A stretch of 63,394 bases of DNA, the filler included, from Reticulomyxa filosa (lineage: Eukaryota; Protista; Foraminifera), in the NCBI GenBank assembly GCA_000512085.1. It is 19 parts of 19 records of this genome, joined end to end, with 100 filler letters (N's around TTAATTAATTAA, not from the genome) between each part and the next. Parts side by side here need not be neighbours in the genome. Positions count along the whole stretch, not along the records: positions 1 to 3,272 come from ASPP01013355.1; positions 3,373 to 5,806 come from ASPP01050302.1; positions 5,907 to 12,048 come from ASPP01014349.1; positions 12,149 to 13,417 come from ASPP01002304.1; 15 more parts are not named here. The stretch is one strand, 5' to 3'. The notes beneath the pieces were generated by a model. It ran no database searches and was not told the DNA's origin. It worked only from the letters and a program-made list of their open reading frames with translations. A program made the position numbers and the translations under genes. Below, piece by piece: positions 1 to 12,875 of this stretch; position 1 is the first letter of the stretch; every line of letters starts with the position of its first letter.

Positions 1-98
1 TTCAAAGTACTATGATTTTAATCATAGTACTTTTTTTTTTGAAATTGTATTTAAAGTGATTTTAAGAAAAAGAAAAAAAGAAACAAACAAATAAAAAA

Positions 99-1188
99 TT
101 ATGTATCTTTGATGAATCTACTTAATAACATTTGTAATGGCTTGTCACAACAACCAAAACAAAATTTGAAAATATCTTCGGCAAACGTGAAGCTGCTCAG
201 CATCAAAATACCATTGAAAAAGCAATCAACAAAAATAGCAAAATCAACATTAGAGGCCCAAGTAACTACGAAAGAAAAAAGAGAGACAATGATACTGGTC
301 AAAGCAATAATACAGCATTTCTTGACATGCATAAGTATTCTCATTGTTTCATCTGAAATTTCGTGATCGGATGGATTGGCTCCAATATGGACAAGATCAA
401 GTTTTTCATTTCTGTGCACCGCACGTGCAGTGTGGATCATTCTTGTAATGTACATATAACCAATTATGATATTCATTACACTTATACCACAAATTCCAAT
501 TGCACTGCTTACAATAAAAGGTACTGAAGCACGACGACATGTCCAATGCACCTGTTCTCCATTTACTTCGCTGGTTGGAGGGGAAGCTATAATCAAACCT
601 TTAATTTTGAAATACTGCAAACATTTAGCGGCAGATGCAAACCAACCATTCACTCCGATGACAACCATAGCTATTAGTATCCCTGCTGAATACATTCCCC
701 AAAGACGATATCTTTTAATTCCAAATAATGAATTTTCAAACACGATCGCTGGACATACAATCGACAATGCTCATATCAATGTTTGCACATTTTGCACATA
801 TACATATATATATGTACATATATATTGTGCATGTATATGATATCGAACTTAATCTTTTGAACCAAAAAAATACTTCAGCGCCATATATTAAAACTAATAG
901 TGAAGAAATAATAAAATACAATGTCTGACAAGTCCAAACTGCATGCAACCACCAATTCTGTCCGCAACCAATATAGTACAAACACTCTGTGCATAACACT
1001 AACCATGCCATGACATGGTAAAATAAACACGTGGTTTTGAGGCTTGGATGCACGTCCCTCGGCTTCCATAAATGATAAAAACTGTATACGCACGTAAATG
1101 TTTCTGCCACTGCGAATATAATAAAAAAAAGTATATACAGCCCAAGCGGACGAGCTGGCAATTCAGGGTTCGAACAACGTTCAGACAT
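99..1188 (-). CDS. Orphan seven-transmembrane (GPCR-like) protein, 2 exons
   Basis: ORFs 736..1197 and 99..767 join through a GT-AG intron at 848..749 (gttcga...tccag) to give ...WFKRLTIVFENSLF... The joined protein has seven hydrophobic segments and a Cys-rich C-tail (FCFGCC). ATG at 1188. Confidence 0.7.
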
Positions 1189-2049
1189 GTTGCTCAAAAA
1201 AGAAAATCGAGCTTTTGATTGTTAGAAAAAGGGAACTTTTAAAAATAACGTTCAGCAATTCAACTGTTTAAAACGTGTGCAAATTAGTTTTTTTATGTCC
1301 AATAAACAATAATTTAAGTTGAGTTCTTGTTTTAAAGGTAACTGAGACGAAGTACTGTCTGATAAATTGTTATTTGAATAAAAGGATATTGTGATTATTG
1401 CTGTTTTCTCACTATTGTTATCATTCTCACATTCAATGGTTCACACAATATTTATGTGTTTTTTAAGCACATGGATTGTTTTTTTGATCAAATATTCCAA
1501 ACGAACACTGTAATCATTTGAACCAGAACATGTTATTTGTTTCATATGATGAAGAGTTTTTTTTCCGAATTTGCGTGGATATTTTTATAACAATATAATT
1601 TGCCTTTTAGTTTGTAATTTGGAATGACAGAGGTTTTCCACCTTTTTTTTTTTAAATAATAATTTCAATTTCAAATGAATGGCCAATTCACATTATCTTT
1701 GAAATTTTGCTTTTTGCTAACTTCACTTCATCTTAGTCAATATGTGGCCCATAAACAAGAAATTCTTATCTGTTGAGGACATAAGTAAAGTGTTTGTGTC
1801 TTACTCATTGAAAAGCAAAACTTCTTGTGGAACAATATGGTGGAAAATTTTAATTGTTTTTTATGTTTAATGATATATTTATTGATTGTTCTAGTCTTCA
1901 GCTTTTTTTATGCATAAAATTTAATTTCATTGACAAAATTGTGTATGCAATTTATTCAAACTTTTACTTTGGGAAAATATGGATTACTTTTCCTGAATAT
2001 ATTCAAGGGTGACTTCTCTCACGCAAAAAAAAGCTATAAAGTAATGCCT

Positions 2050-2560
2050 TGTGTTTCAACATAATACCATTCACCACTTTACTCTTGTGATTTTTTTGTC
2101 GAATATCATTCGACATTTGCTTAAGAGTATCAAATTGTGTATTTAGACACAACACTTTTCTCTAAACGGGACTACAATTGCATCTTGCTCAGCAAATATG
2201 ACAATCCAATTGTGGGACGTGTTAACTGAAAAAATTAAAAAACAAAAGGACATTTTGGTGCTATGTGGGATAAAATTTTCCTTGGATGGCTCTAAAATTA
2301 TTTCATATCCAAAAAACAAAACTATTCGAATGTGGGATGTGTCTTCAGGAAGACAAATTCAAGTATTAGAATAGTATAACGGAAAGTATCGATTGTATTC
2401 ATTTATCACCCGATGGTTCAAAGTTAGTGTCGTGTTCAAATGGATAATTCAATTATGGGGTAGTGATAATGGTAAAATTATTGCTGTAACTGAAAATAAT
2501 GTTGTGGGTTATATTTGGAAAGTAGGTATTCAGAGTGATTTAGAAATGAAAGATAGTATT
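2050..2560 (+). pseudogene. Decayed WD40-repeat gene fragment
   Basis: Scattered WD40 motifs (IQLWDV, FSLDGSKIISY..KTIRMWDVSSGRQIQVLE, LSPDGSKLVSCS) interrupted by stops and frameshifts. Confidence 0.7.
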
Positions 2561-2743
2561 TGAAAGAACACAAAGGGTTTAAAGATGAATAAAAATTGCT
2601 TGGAAACAAGTGGTGGAATATTTTGATGTTTTTTTGTTCTTTTTACTTGTGTGAGTAAAATTTATTTTTAAGTGCAATCCAACATATGGTAATCAAAATA
2701 TAAACACGTGATATCACAAAAAGAAGTAAATTGTAACTCCACA

Positions 2744-3272
2744 TTATCCCCAAATACGAATTGGGCCTTTGGTTGAACCATAACACAGATAAACACTATC
2801 ATTGTTATTTTCTTTGCTCTTTTTTAATTTTATGAATTTAAGACACATTATTCCAAAATCATCTATATGATCTCCTTTAATTACATGCAAATTACTCTTA
2901 TTTGATCGAATATCCCAGAAAAGAATTGTGTCATCATCTGATCCAGAACATATCACGTTTGAGTTATTACCAACATCAACATTCATTACTTCAAATGGCG
3001 AGTATTCAACAGCATTCACTTCATTTGTATGCCCATTAAATATTTGAATTTGTTGATCAGATCGAATGTCCCACAGACAAACTTTTTTATCAGCAGATCC
3101 AGATAATATTGTATTTAATAATTCATTTGATCCATATTTTACACTCCTCACAAAATTTGTATGTCCTTTGAATACATTGAATTGTTTGGTTGTTTCAATA
3201 TCCCATATTCGAATGGTATTATCAAATGATCCAGAACAAATAGTATATCCATTTCCACCAATCACACCAATA
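2744..3272 (-). CDS. WD40-repeat protein, C-terminal part (5' truncated by contig end)
   Basis: Repeated ICSGSFDNTIRIWD / GHTNFVRSV / LSGSADKKVCLWD / GHTNEVNAVEYS / ICSGSDDDTILFWD motifs. Confidence 0.92.
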
Positions 3273-3372
3273 NNNNNNNNNNNNNNNNNNNNNNNNNNNN
3301 NNNNNNNNNNNNNNNNTTAATTAATTAANNNNNNNNNNNNNNNNNNNNNNNNNNNNNNNNNNNNNNNNNNNN
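3273..3372. other. Artificial contig linker (N44-TTAATTAATTAA-N44); first of 18
   Basis: Identical 100-nt spacer with stops in all six frames. Other copies start at 5807, 12049, 13418, 14595, 17012, 19259, 20711, 26662, 28832, 30779, 33733, 35907, 40477, 43770, 45031, 59568 and 61720. ORFs running into X runs are artefactual extensions. Confidence 0.99.
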
Positions 3373-4083
3373 CGCGTCTTGTAGCGATGCACTGTTTACA
3401 ATTCGACTGGACCAGTTGGCATTGGCATTGAAAAAGAAGACGCCAATGTCCAAAGACAAGCTGTTGACATGTGTGAATTGGAAAAGACAATGGGACTCAT
3501 GGAAACACTTTCACCTGTTGCTTGTGAATCGATATCCCATTGGCAACTACAGCATGATATTGGTACCTGACTTTTGGGAAAATAAGCCACAAGTGATGGA
3601 CCTTCCGGTTGCTGTCGCGTTAGGCTTTTCCAGTTCTTGTCCTTGTTTTCCCTGTCCATGGGAGAAGTGAGTCGCAAGCAGCTTTCAAGCTTGGCTTCAA
3701 CTCGTTGGGTGCATTTGCGTCGGTCAAACCACTTTCATTATCAATTGTGGAGACACACAAATGCGCTTCTACCCATCGAACAAGCGCAAACACAAATCCT
3801 CGTTCACAACTTCCAAAATGTGAACATTTTTGAATTGGTGGACCCGTTGCCTTTTTTTTTTCTTTTCCTCCTTGCACTTTGCCAATGTTCGATGCAGGAT
3901 CCTGAACTTGTTACGTTATTCAACATTCAAACAAATACCTGCCTTTTGTCACAGACAAAAAACAAACAAACAAGGCTTTGCCAACTAACACTCAATGACT
4001 ATTTGCAAAGTCTTCAAATTTGGCTCAGTTTTGACACTATATACCAAATGATACATGAACAAAATGTCATAGTTACAATATGA
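3373..4083 (+). CDS. Hypothetical multi-exon protein, 3' part
   Basis: Overlapping plus-strand ORFs of higher GC (3416..3670, 3637..4083) with intron-like T-rich breaks. No family recognised. Confidence 0.35.
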
Positions 4084-4644
4084 ACGTATTATTTAATAAA
4101 ATGTACATTTTGAAAACAAGTCAGTCCAAAATATTCAACATCAATGAAAATTTTATCAAGTATAGATTAAAATAAGAATATTAAATCTGTTTCAAATAAA
4201 AACGGATTTGTTTTTGAACAGAAAAATTTTCTACTTTTGCGTCAAAAAAAAAGGGAACTACATTTAATTAACCGTTCAGTAAAAACAAATATGCAGTCGA
4301 AAAATAATAAATTGCACTCTTTATATGAAATATTTTTTCCGTTTTTGTTATTGGCTGCCTAAAATTAGAATTGGGATTACTTTGAAAAATAGTTTTAAGT
4401 ACGACTGCAGAATTAACTGAAATTTCACACATAAAATTGCCAAGAAAGTCTAAAACAAAAAAGCAAAAGAGTGGACAATGTCCGTGAAAATTCTGCTTTG
4501 TATTTTCCTTGGAAGAGCGGACACTTCAAAGTAGTTTTTTAAAAGGTCGTCCATTCAAAAAAAGTTAGAAATCATAATCTTACTGCACTTCTTGCATTTG
4601 TCAGTCAAAGTCAAAGTAAATTTTGAAGAAAGTGCAATACGCAA

Positions 4645-5806
4645 ATGAACTCTCTATTTACAAGGCTGTGTTGCTTACTTAACCTAAGCAGCAGTGCTCA
4701 ATACGTAGTACACCAACATGAAATCATCGTTTGTGCAGGCCGTGATAGAAATTGTTATTCTTATGATATATTAACAAATAAATATAAATTTATTTGTAAG
4801 TATCCGAGCTGTTTTGATGTAATTGAACACCGTGTAGTGAAATTTACAGATAATAGTAATAACAACAAAGATACAAATGAAATTACTTTGCTAGCTTTTG
4901 ACGCACACAGCAATCATGTATTGATGATGAAATATGTAAGCGCCTGGAATAAAGAAAACACAGCAAAGATATTATCAAAGAGTTACAATGAATGGGATTT
5001 TTTCAAAGACAACCACAATAACCCAATATTTATTGGGGGGAATACAACTCATTATAATGGATTGCGTGCAGTAATTGGTGGAAGCAATAATCATTTGCTA
5101 TTTATCACTTATTATCCAAAAAATATTGACGTGTTTAATTTAAATACACTTCAATTTATTAAACAAGAAAATTTACCAATTGATGATGAGACCTATTTTA
5201 ATTGTTTTGTGTTAAATGCGAAGAATGCAAATGATGACAAAAACCAAAAAGGAAAAAATGAAATGTGGCTATTTTATGGCAAAAAAGGGTTATCTATTGA
5301 ATATGATGAAGATAATAATACGTTTAAATTTTATAATATTCGTGTTTGCACAAGTCTCAAATCACTTTCTGCATATGCATGTATTTGTGTTAATGATTGT
5401 ATTTTGTTTTTTGGAGGGAGAAATAATATTTTTAATATTTCAAGTGGTATCTATAAATATTCAATTACTAGAAATCAATGGATGATATCAAAACAAGAAT
5501 TAATTACTAACTTGTGTAATTGTGTTGCTGTATTAAGTGAGGGTAATGAATTTGTACACATTTTCGGAGCGTTTGATAAAAATGAAGGGCCCCGTGAATG
5601 CTTCTATGATGAAACCAGTGAAAGTGATGAAGATACATATCGGATTAAACGTAATTTAAAAAAAGAAAGAGAGGTGGATTGGGTTGCAATTCATATAAAA
5701 ACGAAAGTGGAAGAATGGACGAAAGCAGACGAAGAAAAATGGACCATTGAAAGTGAAGAAGCGCTAGAAATTCAAGAAATTAAATGTGAATTGAAAGACA
5801 TAGGAA
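4645..5806 (+). CDS. Kelch-like beta-propeller protein of a lineage-expanded family (3' truncated)
   Basis: About 385-aa open frame with kelch-like blades: HEIIVCAG..RNCYSY, RAVIGGSNNHLLFITY, ILFFGG..IYKYSI..NQW, VHIFG. Confidence 0.7.
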
Positions 5807-5906
5807 NNNNNNNNNNNNNNNNNNNNNNNNNNNNNNNNNNNNNNNNNNNNTTAATTAATTAANNNNNNNNNNNNNNNNNNNNNNNNNNNNNNNNNNNNNN
5901 NNNNNN

Positions 5907-6980
5907 GAAAAGGAAAAGGAAAAGGAAAAGGAAAAGGAAAAAAATTTGAGTGAGAATGATAATAAAGATCAAAGTGGTGATATTGTGAATTCTGCTCATT
6001 TGATGTCACAATCGGATCACAATTATCTTGACATTATGCTGTCTCATGATTGGCCTTCCCTTGCTTGGAAATTTGGTAATTATCAATCACTTCTTCGCAA
6101 AAAGCCACATTTTCAAAAGGATATTGAATCCGAACATTTGGGAAATCCTTCTTTAAATCATTTAATGAGCTTATTAAGACCCACCTTGTGGTTCTCAGGA
6201 CATTTGCATTGCAATTTTGAGGCCAAAATACAACACTCCTCACCGTCCTCACGTATCACTAATTTTTATGCGTTTGATAAACTTGTCCGTCGTCCACATT
6301 GCTCTTCTCCTGTCGGCTTCTTCGTTCTTTCCGATGGTCCCCATACTCGTCGTCATCCTGTCACAAAACAATATTTATTTGAATATGATCCTATTTGGCT
6401 TTCCATTCTTAAAAATACTCACCATCTACTCCATTTTCATCACAAATTTCCTTGTGTTATTCCTCCCAAACACACTTCCACTCGCTGGGACTTTCGTCCC
6501 ACTCATCAAGAAGTTCAAATTATTCAACAACTTTTTCAAAACGATTTTGTCATACCCAACAACTTTGAGTACAACCCTCCGTCTACATTCGCTCCTAATC
6601 CTCAAACACAATATCTTTTGCGCAAATTAGATATCGATGACAAACTTGCTTTATACCATCTTTCTCTCTCTTCGTTTGACCGTCCTTATTTTCGTCCTCG
6701 TCCTCCTTCGTCACTTCCTCCCTCTTCGCATCCCTCTGGCCCATCTTTTCATCCCTCTGACCCACCTTCTTATCCCTCTGACCTACCTTCTTATCGTCCT
6801 CGTCTTCGTCCTCCTTCGTCACTTCCTCCCTCTGGCCCATCTTCTCATCCCTCTGACCCACCTTCTTATCTCTCTGACCCACCTTCTCATTCTTCTGATT
6901 CGTCTCTGCATCCTCCTGCTCCGGCTGATGCTCCTCGGGATAATCCATTTGATGTCAATGAGATCATCATTGAAGATTAA
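5907..6980 (+). CDS. DBR1: RNA lariat debranching enzyme, C-terminal half (5' truncated)
   Basis: DBR1 motifs in order: DIMLSHDWP, LGNP..L..LRP..WFSGHLH..F.A, TNFYAFDK (cf. TKFLALDK), EYDPIWLSILK, IPNNF, NPQT, and a terminal NEIIIED. Confidence 0.88.
   Translation, partial: EKEKEKEKEKEKNLSENDNKDQSGDIVNSAHLMSQSDHNYLDIMLSHDWPSLAWKFGNYQSLLRKKPHFQKDIESEHLGNPSLNHLMSLLRPTLWFSGHLHCNFEAKIQHSSPSSRITNFYAFDKLVRRPHCSSPVGFFVLSDGPHTRRHPVTKQYLFEYDPIWLSILKNTHHLLHFHHKFPCVIPPKHTSTRWDFRPTHQEVQIIQQLFQNDFVIPNNFEYNPPSTFAPNPQTQYLLRKLDIDDKLALYHLSLSSFDRPYFRPRPPSSLPPSSHPSGPSFHPSDPPSYPSDLPSYRPRLRPPSSLPPSGPSSHPSDPPSYLSDPPSHSSDSSLHPPAPADAPRDNPFDVNEIIIED
6693..6895 (+). repeat. Coding higher-order tandem repeat (about 2 x 100 nt, built from 21-nt units) encoding PSDPPSY-like heptads
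   Basis: ccctctgacccaccttcttat and variants recur. The block cgtcctccttcgtcacttcctccctct occurs twice. Confidence 0.85.
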
Positions 6981-7512
6981 TCTCCTTTGTACAACCAAGT
7001 TGTGAAAACATAAAATAGCGAAATGAAAGACTGTTGAAGTAGAAACAAACCAATTGATCCATTTTTGTTTTCCCTATAAAACTTGTTAATGAAGTAAATC
7101 AGTTTATTTTGCGCAAAATTCACAATTCCACAACAAAGAAATAATACACTGCCTCTCAGTACAACAACTTTTAAACACTTTATTATTTAAATTTTGTTCG
7201 TAATGCAATTGTGTGCACAGGACATTTTCTAATGAACAAAGTTAATATTTTGATCGCTCAGAACAATAATTTTGTATCACAGACGAGTTTTGCATATCAA
7301 GTTAGTAAGAATCGCTTTTTTAAATTTGTACTCTTTTCATGAGAACAAAGATATCATATTGTTGTTAGTCCTTCAATAGGACCGTCAATAAGAGAAACAG
7401 AATGTTAAATTAAGAGACTAAGACGGATGTAAAAATGACAATAAAAAATCAGGTAACAGACAAAATACTTCAATCTGCAAATCACCAGGTCAAAAGATCC
7501 ACCAAATCAATT

Positions 7513-10500
7513 TTATTTGAACTCAGTCTTAAAATCGCCACGTTGTTCAGTATCTGTATACATAAAACAGATGATATGATCTTTTTTTTGAAAAAAAAGA
7601 TAAAAAAAAAATACCGTTTGATTGCCACAATGACTGTAACAATCTAAGCAACTGGAAGTGCAATGTCTCTTGAACAGTACGCACAAAATCCATTTGCTGT
7701 CGAATGTATTGTTGTTGTGCAGGCGAGAGATTGGCAGTTTGGTTGGTTTTGTCATCACTATCAGGCCGATGAAGAGGAAGTTCGGAATCGCTGTGTAACT
7801 CGTTAAGGAAGGTGGTGGTACTGGCATAAAAACGATCGATTCGTTCATTCAAAGATTTCAAAATTTTTTGATGATATTTCAAATAATATCGCTTTAACTG
7901 TGCAGTATAACACTTCCAATAGGCCTCGCATTCAAATAGCAAGTTCAAATAGGCCAACGAAAAGACATCCCACAAGCACCCCTCAATCGATGTCCACGAC
8001 AATGTTGAGTCGTGATGATCTATTTTCCAATATTTTCGAAATTGTGTAATCAACCAAAAAAAAAAAAAACACCCAATGAAAATAAGATACCTGCATATTG
8101 TCGTTGGTCAGGAGTAATGAGCACCAAATAGGAAGCAGCCACGAACGTCGGCAAGGATTTGGTCTGATACAACGACTTAAGATGGGTGATACAATAATTT
8201 ATCAGCGACAACAAGACTGACAACGGAGGACGAGAATCGTACCCTTTTTGATTCCTTCTAGAAAGTCTACTTTCCAATCCATCCAATCCAGGGAATGCAA
8301 CTGACTCTTGCAATAGCGGCGTGAACAAATATGTCATTTTGTTCTCAGACGTGCTTTCATTATGAATTTCCCATGCCAATTGCAGCACATTTCTCGTAAT
8401 CCGGAGCATGTAAAATTCAGTGTGTTGCAAGAACTGGAACTGCTTCTACAAACATGCATCACATTTGCAGTGAATTTGAAGTTTGTTCAGTGGTATTTAC
8501 ATCGAAAGCGAGAAAAAGGGATAGGATAAAAAAAAAAAAAAAAAAACCAAACATTAATCGATACCTTTTGAAAATGAGTGGCAGACTCGGCTGCCTTGGG
8601 AAGTAAATGCCCACCTGGACTAGGTGATCGAAAGATTTCACTCCTTTCGACTTTCGGAGAAACAGAGCCATCTTTATCGACAGAAAAATGGAGGTTTTTT
8701 TTGCCCTGTGGCAGTATCGCAGTATGTCTCACGTCATCCATTATCATATCCGGGTCGCAGGTACTCATTTCAGATGGTGATATCGGTCTTTTTGTTTAGT
8801 TAATTATTCCGAAAGAGTATGTGTGTGTATGAGGGAAAAATGCTACAAAAAAAAAAATAACAGAAGACATTAACATTGCGAGTTGTACGAGTATATGTGA
8901 GTGTTCAAGCAGCACAGCAAATTTGAAAACGACCTGCAAGAGAGTACCAACGTGGCTGCCAACGAGAGCTCGCGTTTCAGTATTTGTATCCATTGTAAAT
9001 TGTCCAATCAATGGTAAGCGCCTCCAAATCTTTTCACATACACACAACACCGGATACTCCCTCACTCACTTGCACATGTGCATACACACATATACACACA
9101 TATATACATATATAATAAACATGATAAGTTAACACTTGCACACCTCGGTAATCATTACGGATATATTGTAGAGTTCCTTTAATTCACGCAGTCGAACTTG
9201 TTCTATTCCCCCATTCGATATCAGACAAAAAAAAAAAAAAACATTTTGTTTGCAGCAATGAATGCAGATTTAAAAAAAAAAAAAAAAGCAAGATTGAGAA
9301 AAAGAAAATACCTTCATTCGACGCCATTTTAAGAAAGAAGGCTAGTATCTGCGAGTGATATGCCAAGTAGAACTTGGCGACATCGTTGAAGAATTTGGAA
9401 AAGAATTGAAAGTCGAGTGGCATCAGGACAGGGTCGGGAGAGGAAGAGGTTTCAGAAAAGGCTCGCACGTTGTATTTCGTCCGATCGCCACTTTGATACA
9501 TCGTGGTGTCCCACTGCGGCCGTTCCTGCTCACGCTGTCGCTTCCTCCACATCCGTTTACTCGCACATGCCATTCGCCGCAATAAATCAGTGACCAAATT
9601 GATACAATTGCACCAGAGCTCATGTCTTGGATTTTCTTCACCATCCTCCAAATAGGGCAATGCAAATTTGGCTTTTCACACACACACACACACACACAAT
9701 AAAAAAAAAAAAAAGGCATACATTTCTCCTACTGAAATAAATACACATATATACATATATGTATTTGAATTAAAAACTGGATTTGAAAAATTCACAGCCT
9801 GCCAAATGTTGCAATAAATCATTTTGAACCAATAAGGCCCCTCCGTGCACCGAGCTTTGTTGGATGACAGAGAGACACTGCATCATTTGAAGCAACATTT
9901 GCACGGAAAATAAGTACGTTTGGCGCGACACATGCGCGAGCAGTTCGAGTTCAGGAGTGGAGACGGCAGCACTTTGCAGAGGACTTGACTTGGTGATGTA
10001 TTGCCGCTGAAATTGCACTTGCAGCTGACGCACTTGCATTTCGTCTTGCACCTGGTTGTCCACTTCAATTTGCTTTTGTCCGGCGTACAAAAACTGGGCC
10101 AAAAGAAGACTGACAAACTTGCACTGTTGCAAGTGCGAGAGCACAAGCGCATCCAAAGGAAGGCATGCGATAATGTATGGGAAAGCGCTTAATGCGACGC
10201 TCGTGTTTTTCATCTCAGCAAATGGGAGGATGATGTGGTCAATACTCGCAGCAATTGCTCGCAAGTGAGCATGGTCATCTCCCAGTTCTTGTCACCTTTT
10301 TTTTGGATTTGTTTGTTGTGGGGAGTGGTACATGTTTTTCTTTTTCTTCCTTCTCCTCTTTTTTCTCTTCCGCGTTCTCTTCATTTTCGTCTTCATCTTC
10401 ATCTTCGTCTTCATTTTCGTCTTCATCTTCATCTTTGTCTTTGTCATTTCTCGTTTTTGTGGGTTTTGAAAATATGCTCTTTTTATCGTTATTATATATT

Positions 10501-10919
10501 ATTATTATTATATATTATTATTATTATTATTTTTGAAAGTATTAGTGGCCACAGGAGAAAAAAATAAATATACACATATATATACACATATACATATATA
10601 TCCTGTATAAATAACTTGGTGTTTATCTGAAGGCGATTCATCAAAAAATTGAGTTGTTTTTTTGGAGGAGTCAAAGCAATGGTCTTGGGTTGCTCTGGAC
10701 GGACGTTGCTTTTACGCTTCGGGAAGTGCTCCAATATCCATCGGAGCAGGAACATACAACCTGTTAACAAATTTTCCACAATGCGATCAAACACATCCAT
10801 TTGCGAGTCTTGTTCGTTTGTCTGTCGCCAAGTATTCGTGCCGCCTTCTTTGCGTTCATGCACTGGCGTCTTTTGTTTGAGGTGTTTCAAGATCATTTTT
10901 ATACGTATATGCAAACGTA

Positions 10920-10956
<37 letters not shown>

Positions 10957-11977
10957 CATATATATTTTATGTATACGTGCATGAAATAAATAATAATAAT
11001 AAAAAAAAAACAAGTCTTAACAGCATTCATGCCAGGCGATAGAGATTGAAGTGCTTTGAAATATCGCGCCTGTTCGCCAAAGCGACTGACAAGTTGGATG
11101 CTGTTCACCAATATTGAGAATATGTGGTCTGCCTTTTGATTGTCGAGTGCAGATTTCCGGCTTTTTCGCGTGGACGTGGTTAAAAACACCAACATATCCC
11201 GCAACAATCCGGACAGGTACGTGTGACCATGCAACTGCCTTTCCAATGTTGGATAATCCAGCCAATGTTTATCTGTTTGAATCATCACACGGTCACGCCA
11301 ATCTAATTCTCGCAGCTCTTTGGCCGTGAAAGGGTTCATGTGCGTCTTTTCTGGCTCTCTTTTTATCATCAAACACACATGCATTGAGATTATATATATG
11401 TACATATATATCATATATAAAAAAGGAAGAGAATAACTAACCCAGGTGGTATGATCCTCTTTTGAAAGTCATCAAAATTATCTAAAAGGAACGTGGCGAA
11501 GGAGAAGACAAATTGAACAGCCTCAGGCTCAGCGGAATGGAAAATGGAATCGGGCACTTTGGAACACCACTTTCCAAGTGGCTCCATCAAAAGACATGTA
11601 TGGACGAGCTTCGTTTCGCTCGCAAACGTGTTTAATAAAACGCGAAGGAATTCCGAGTCATTGCGGAACTTGAACCAAAACGACGCCTTGTGTTTATCCG
11701 AGGGACGAACTGACCGATACTCGCTGTCGTTGTTGTCGTTGTCGTTGTTGTTAGTGAGAACGAGGCCAGCCAATATTGAAATCCAATTGGCATTCTCATT
11801 CACGTTGCTTTGAATACACGAGGCATATAACCAATTTGTTGGCATGTACAAATATGGCCTCAGTCCTATGATATGAGGGAAAAATGAAATCACGTTTTGC
11901 ATTAATTTTAGCCAGCACTTTGACATTAATCCATATGCATGAATCAGTGACTCTTCACTATTTGTACATATACACAT
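7513..11977 (-). CDS. Large multi-exon alpha-solenoid protein, probably Nup188/Nup205-type nucleoporin (5' truncated)
   Basis: Chain of about 10 Leu-rich minus-strand ORFs separated by GT-AG introns. The segments GGALLVQNDLLQHLAGCEFF and PYLEDGEENPRHELWCNCINLVTDLL resemble C-terminal Nup188/Nup205 motifs (from recall, not searched). Confidence 0.45.
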
Positions 11978-12008
11978 ATTTGTATTTGTTGATGTACGAC
12001 AAAATCCT

Positions 12009-12044
<36 letters not shown>

Positions 12045-12148
12045 TTTTNNNNNNNNNNNNNNNNNNNNNNNNNNNNNNNNNNNNNNNNNNNNTTAATTAA
12101 TTAANNNNNNNNNNNNNNNNNNNNNNNNNNNNNNNNNNNNNNNNNNNN

Positions 12149-12557
12149 ATGGAGAAATGAAGCTATTGAAGTTGGATTGGCTCATGTCAATAGAGAAATT
12201 GAGAAAGGAGAAGTTTCACAGGTTATTTTAATTGGTGATGCTCCAGTAAATATAAAGGAAGAGGTACAAGTCAAAAGAAAATTCAAAGAAGCTTATTGGA
12301 AACAAACATTGCTGTTCTCTAATCCAACACACTGTGAAGATGAACTTAATTGTTTGAAAAAGCATGCTATTCCAATTCATGCTTTTTTTTGTCCATGACC
12401 AGGCAAAACAAAATTTTACTACAAATGGTCGATGCGAGCAATTGGAAATTAATTCAAATAGAGATTCAGAGCAATTGACTGATCTAGTTTCTGAGGTGCA
12501 AATGGAAACGAGTTTGTGAAAGCATACAGAGCCAAATTCTCGAAGTCATTTACTTGA
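12149..12557 (+). pseudogene. von Willebrand A-domain gene 3' fragment, frameshifted
   Basis: NEAIEVGLAHVNRE..SQVILIGDAP..IPIHAF motif. The frame breaks after HAFF and continues (T.GRCEQLEINS..EQLTDLV) in another frame. Confidence 0.6.
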
Positions 12558-12875
12558 CACATTTTATCTTATTTTGAAATAGCCTTTTTTGGAAAATTTG
12601 TTTTGGTAAATGATGCCAAAAGAATGAGAAAATTACGTGTGAAATTGTGTACCTTTTTTCCTTTATTCATCAGTTTAAAAAAGAATATAACTGAAATTTA
12701 ATAAAATAATTCCAAAATCATTCAATATTTTGTGATAAATTTGCATTTTTGTTTGTAAGTTTTATCATTTCCAGAAAATGACAAACAGCATCTTATAGAG
12801 ATAATTAATTTTCTTCATATGAAACGATATTTAGACCTAATTGTTTAAAAAAAAAAAAAAAAGCAAAATCCCAAC

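Noticed and set aside
1160-1180. GGTTCGAA tRNA T-loop-like motif
   Set aside because: It lies inside the 7TM coding region with no cloverleaf. No tRNA or rRNA is supported in the window.
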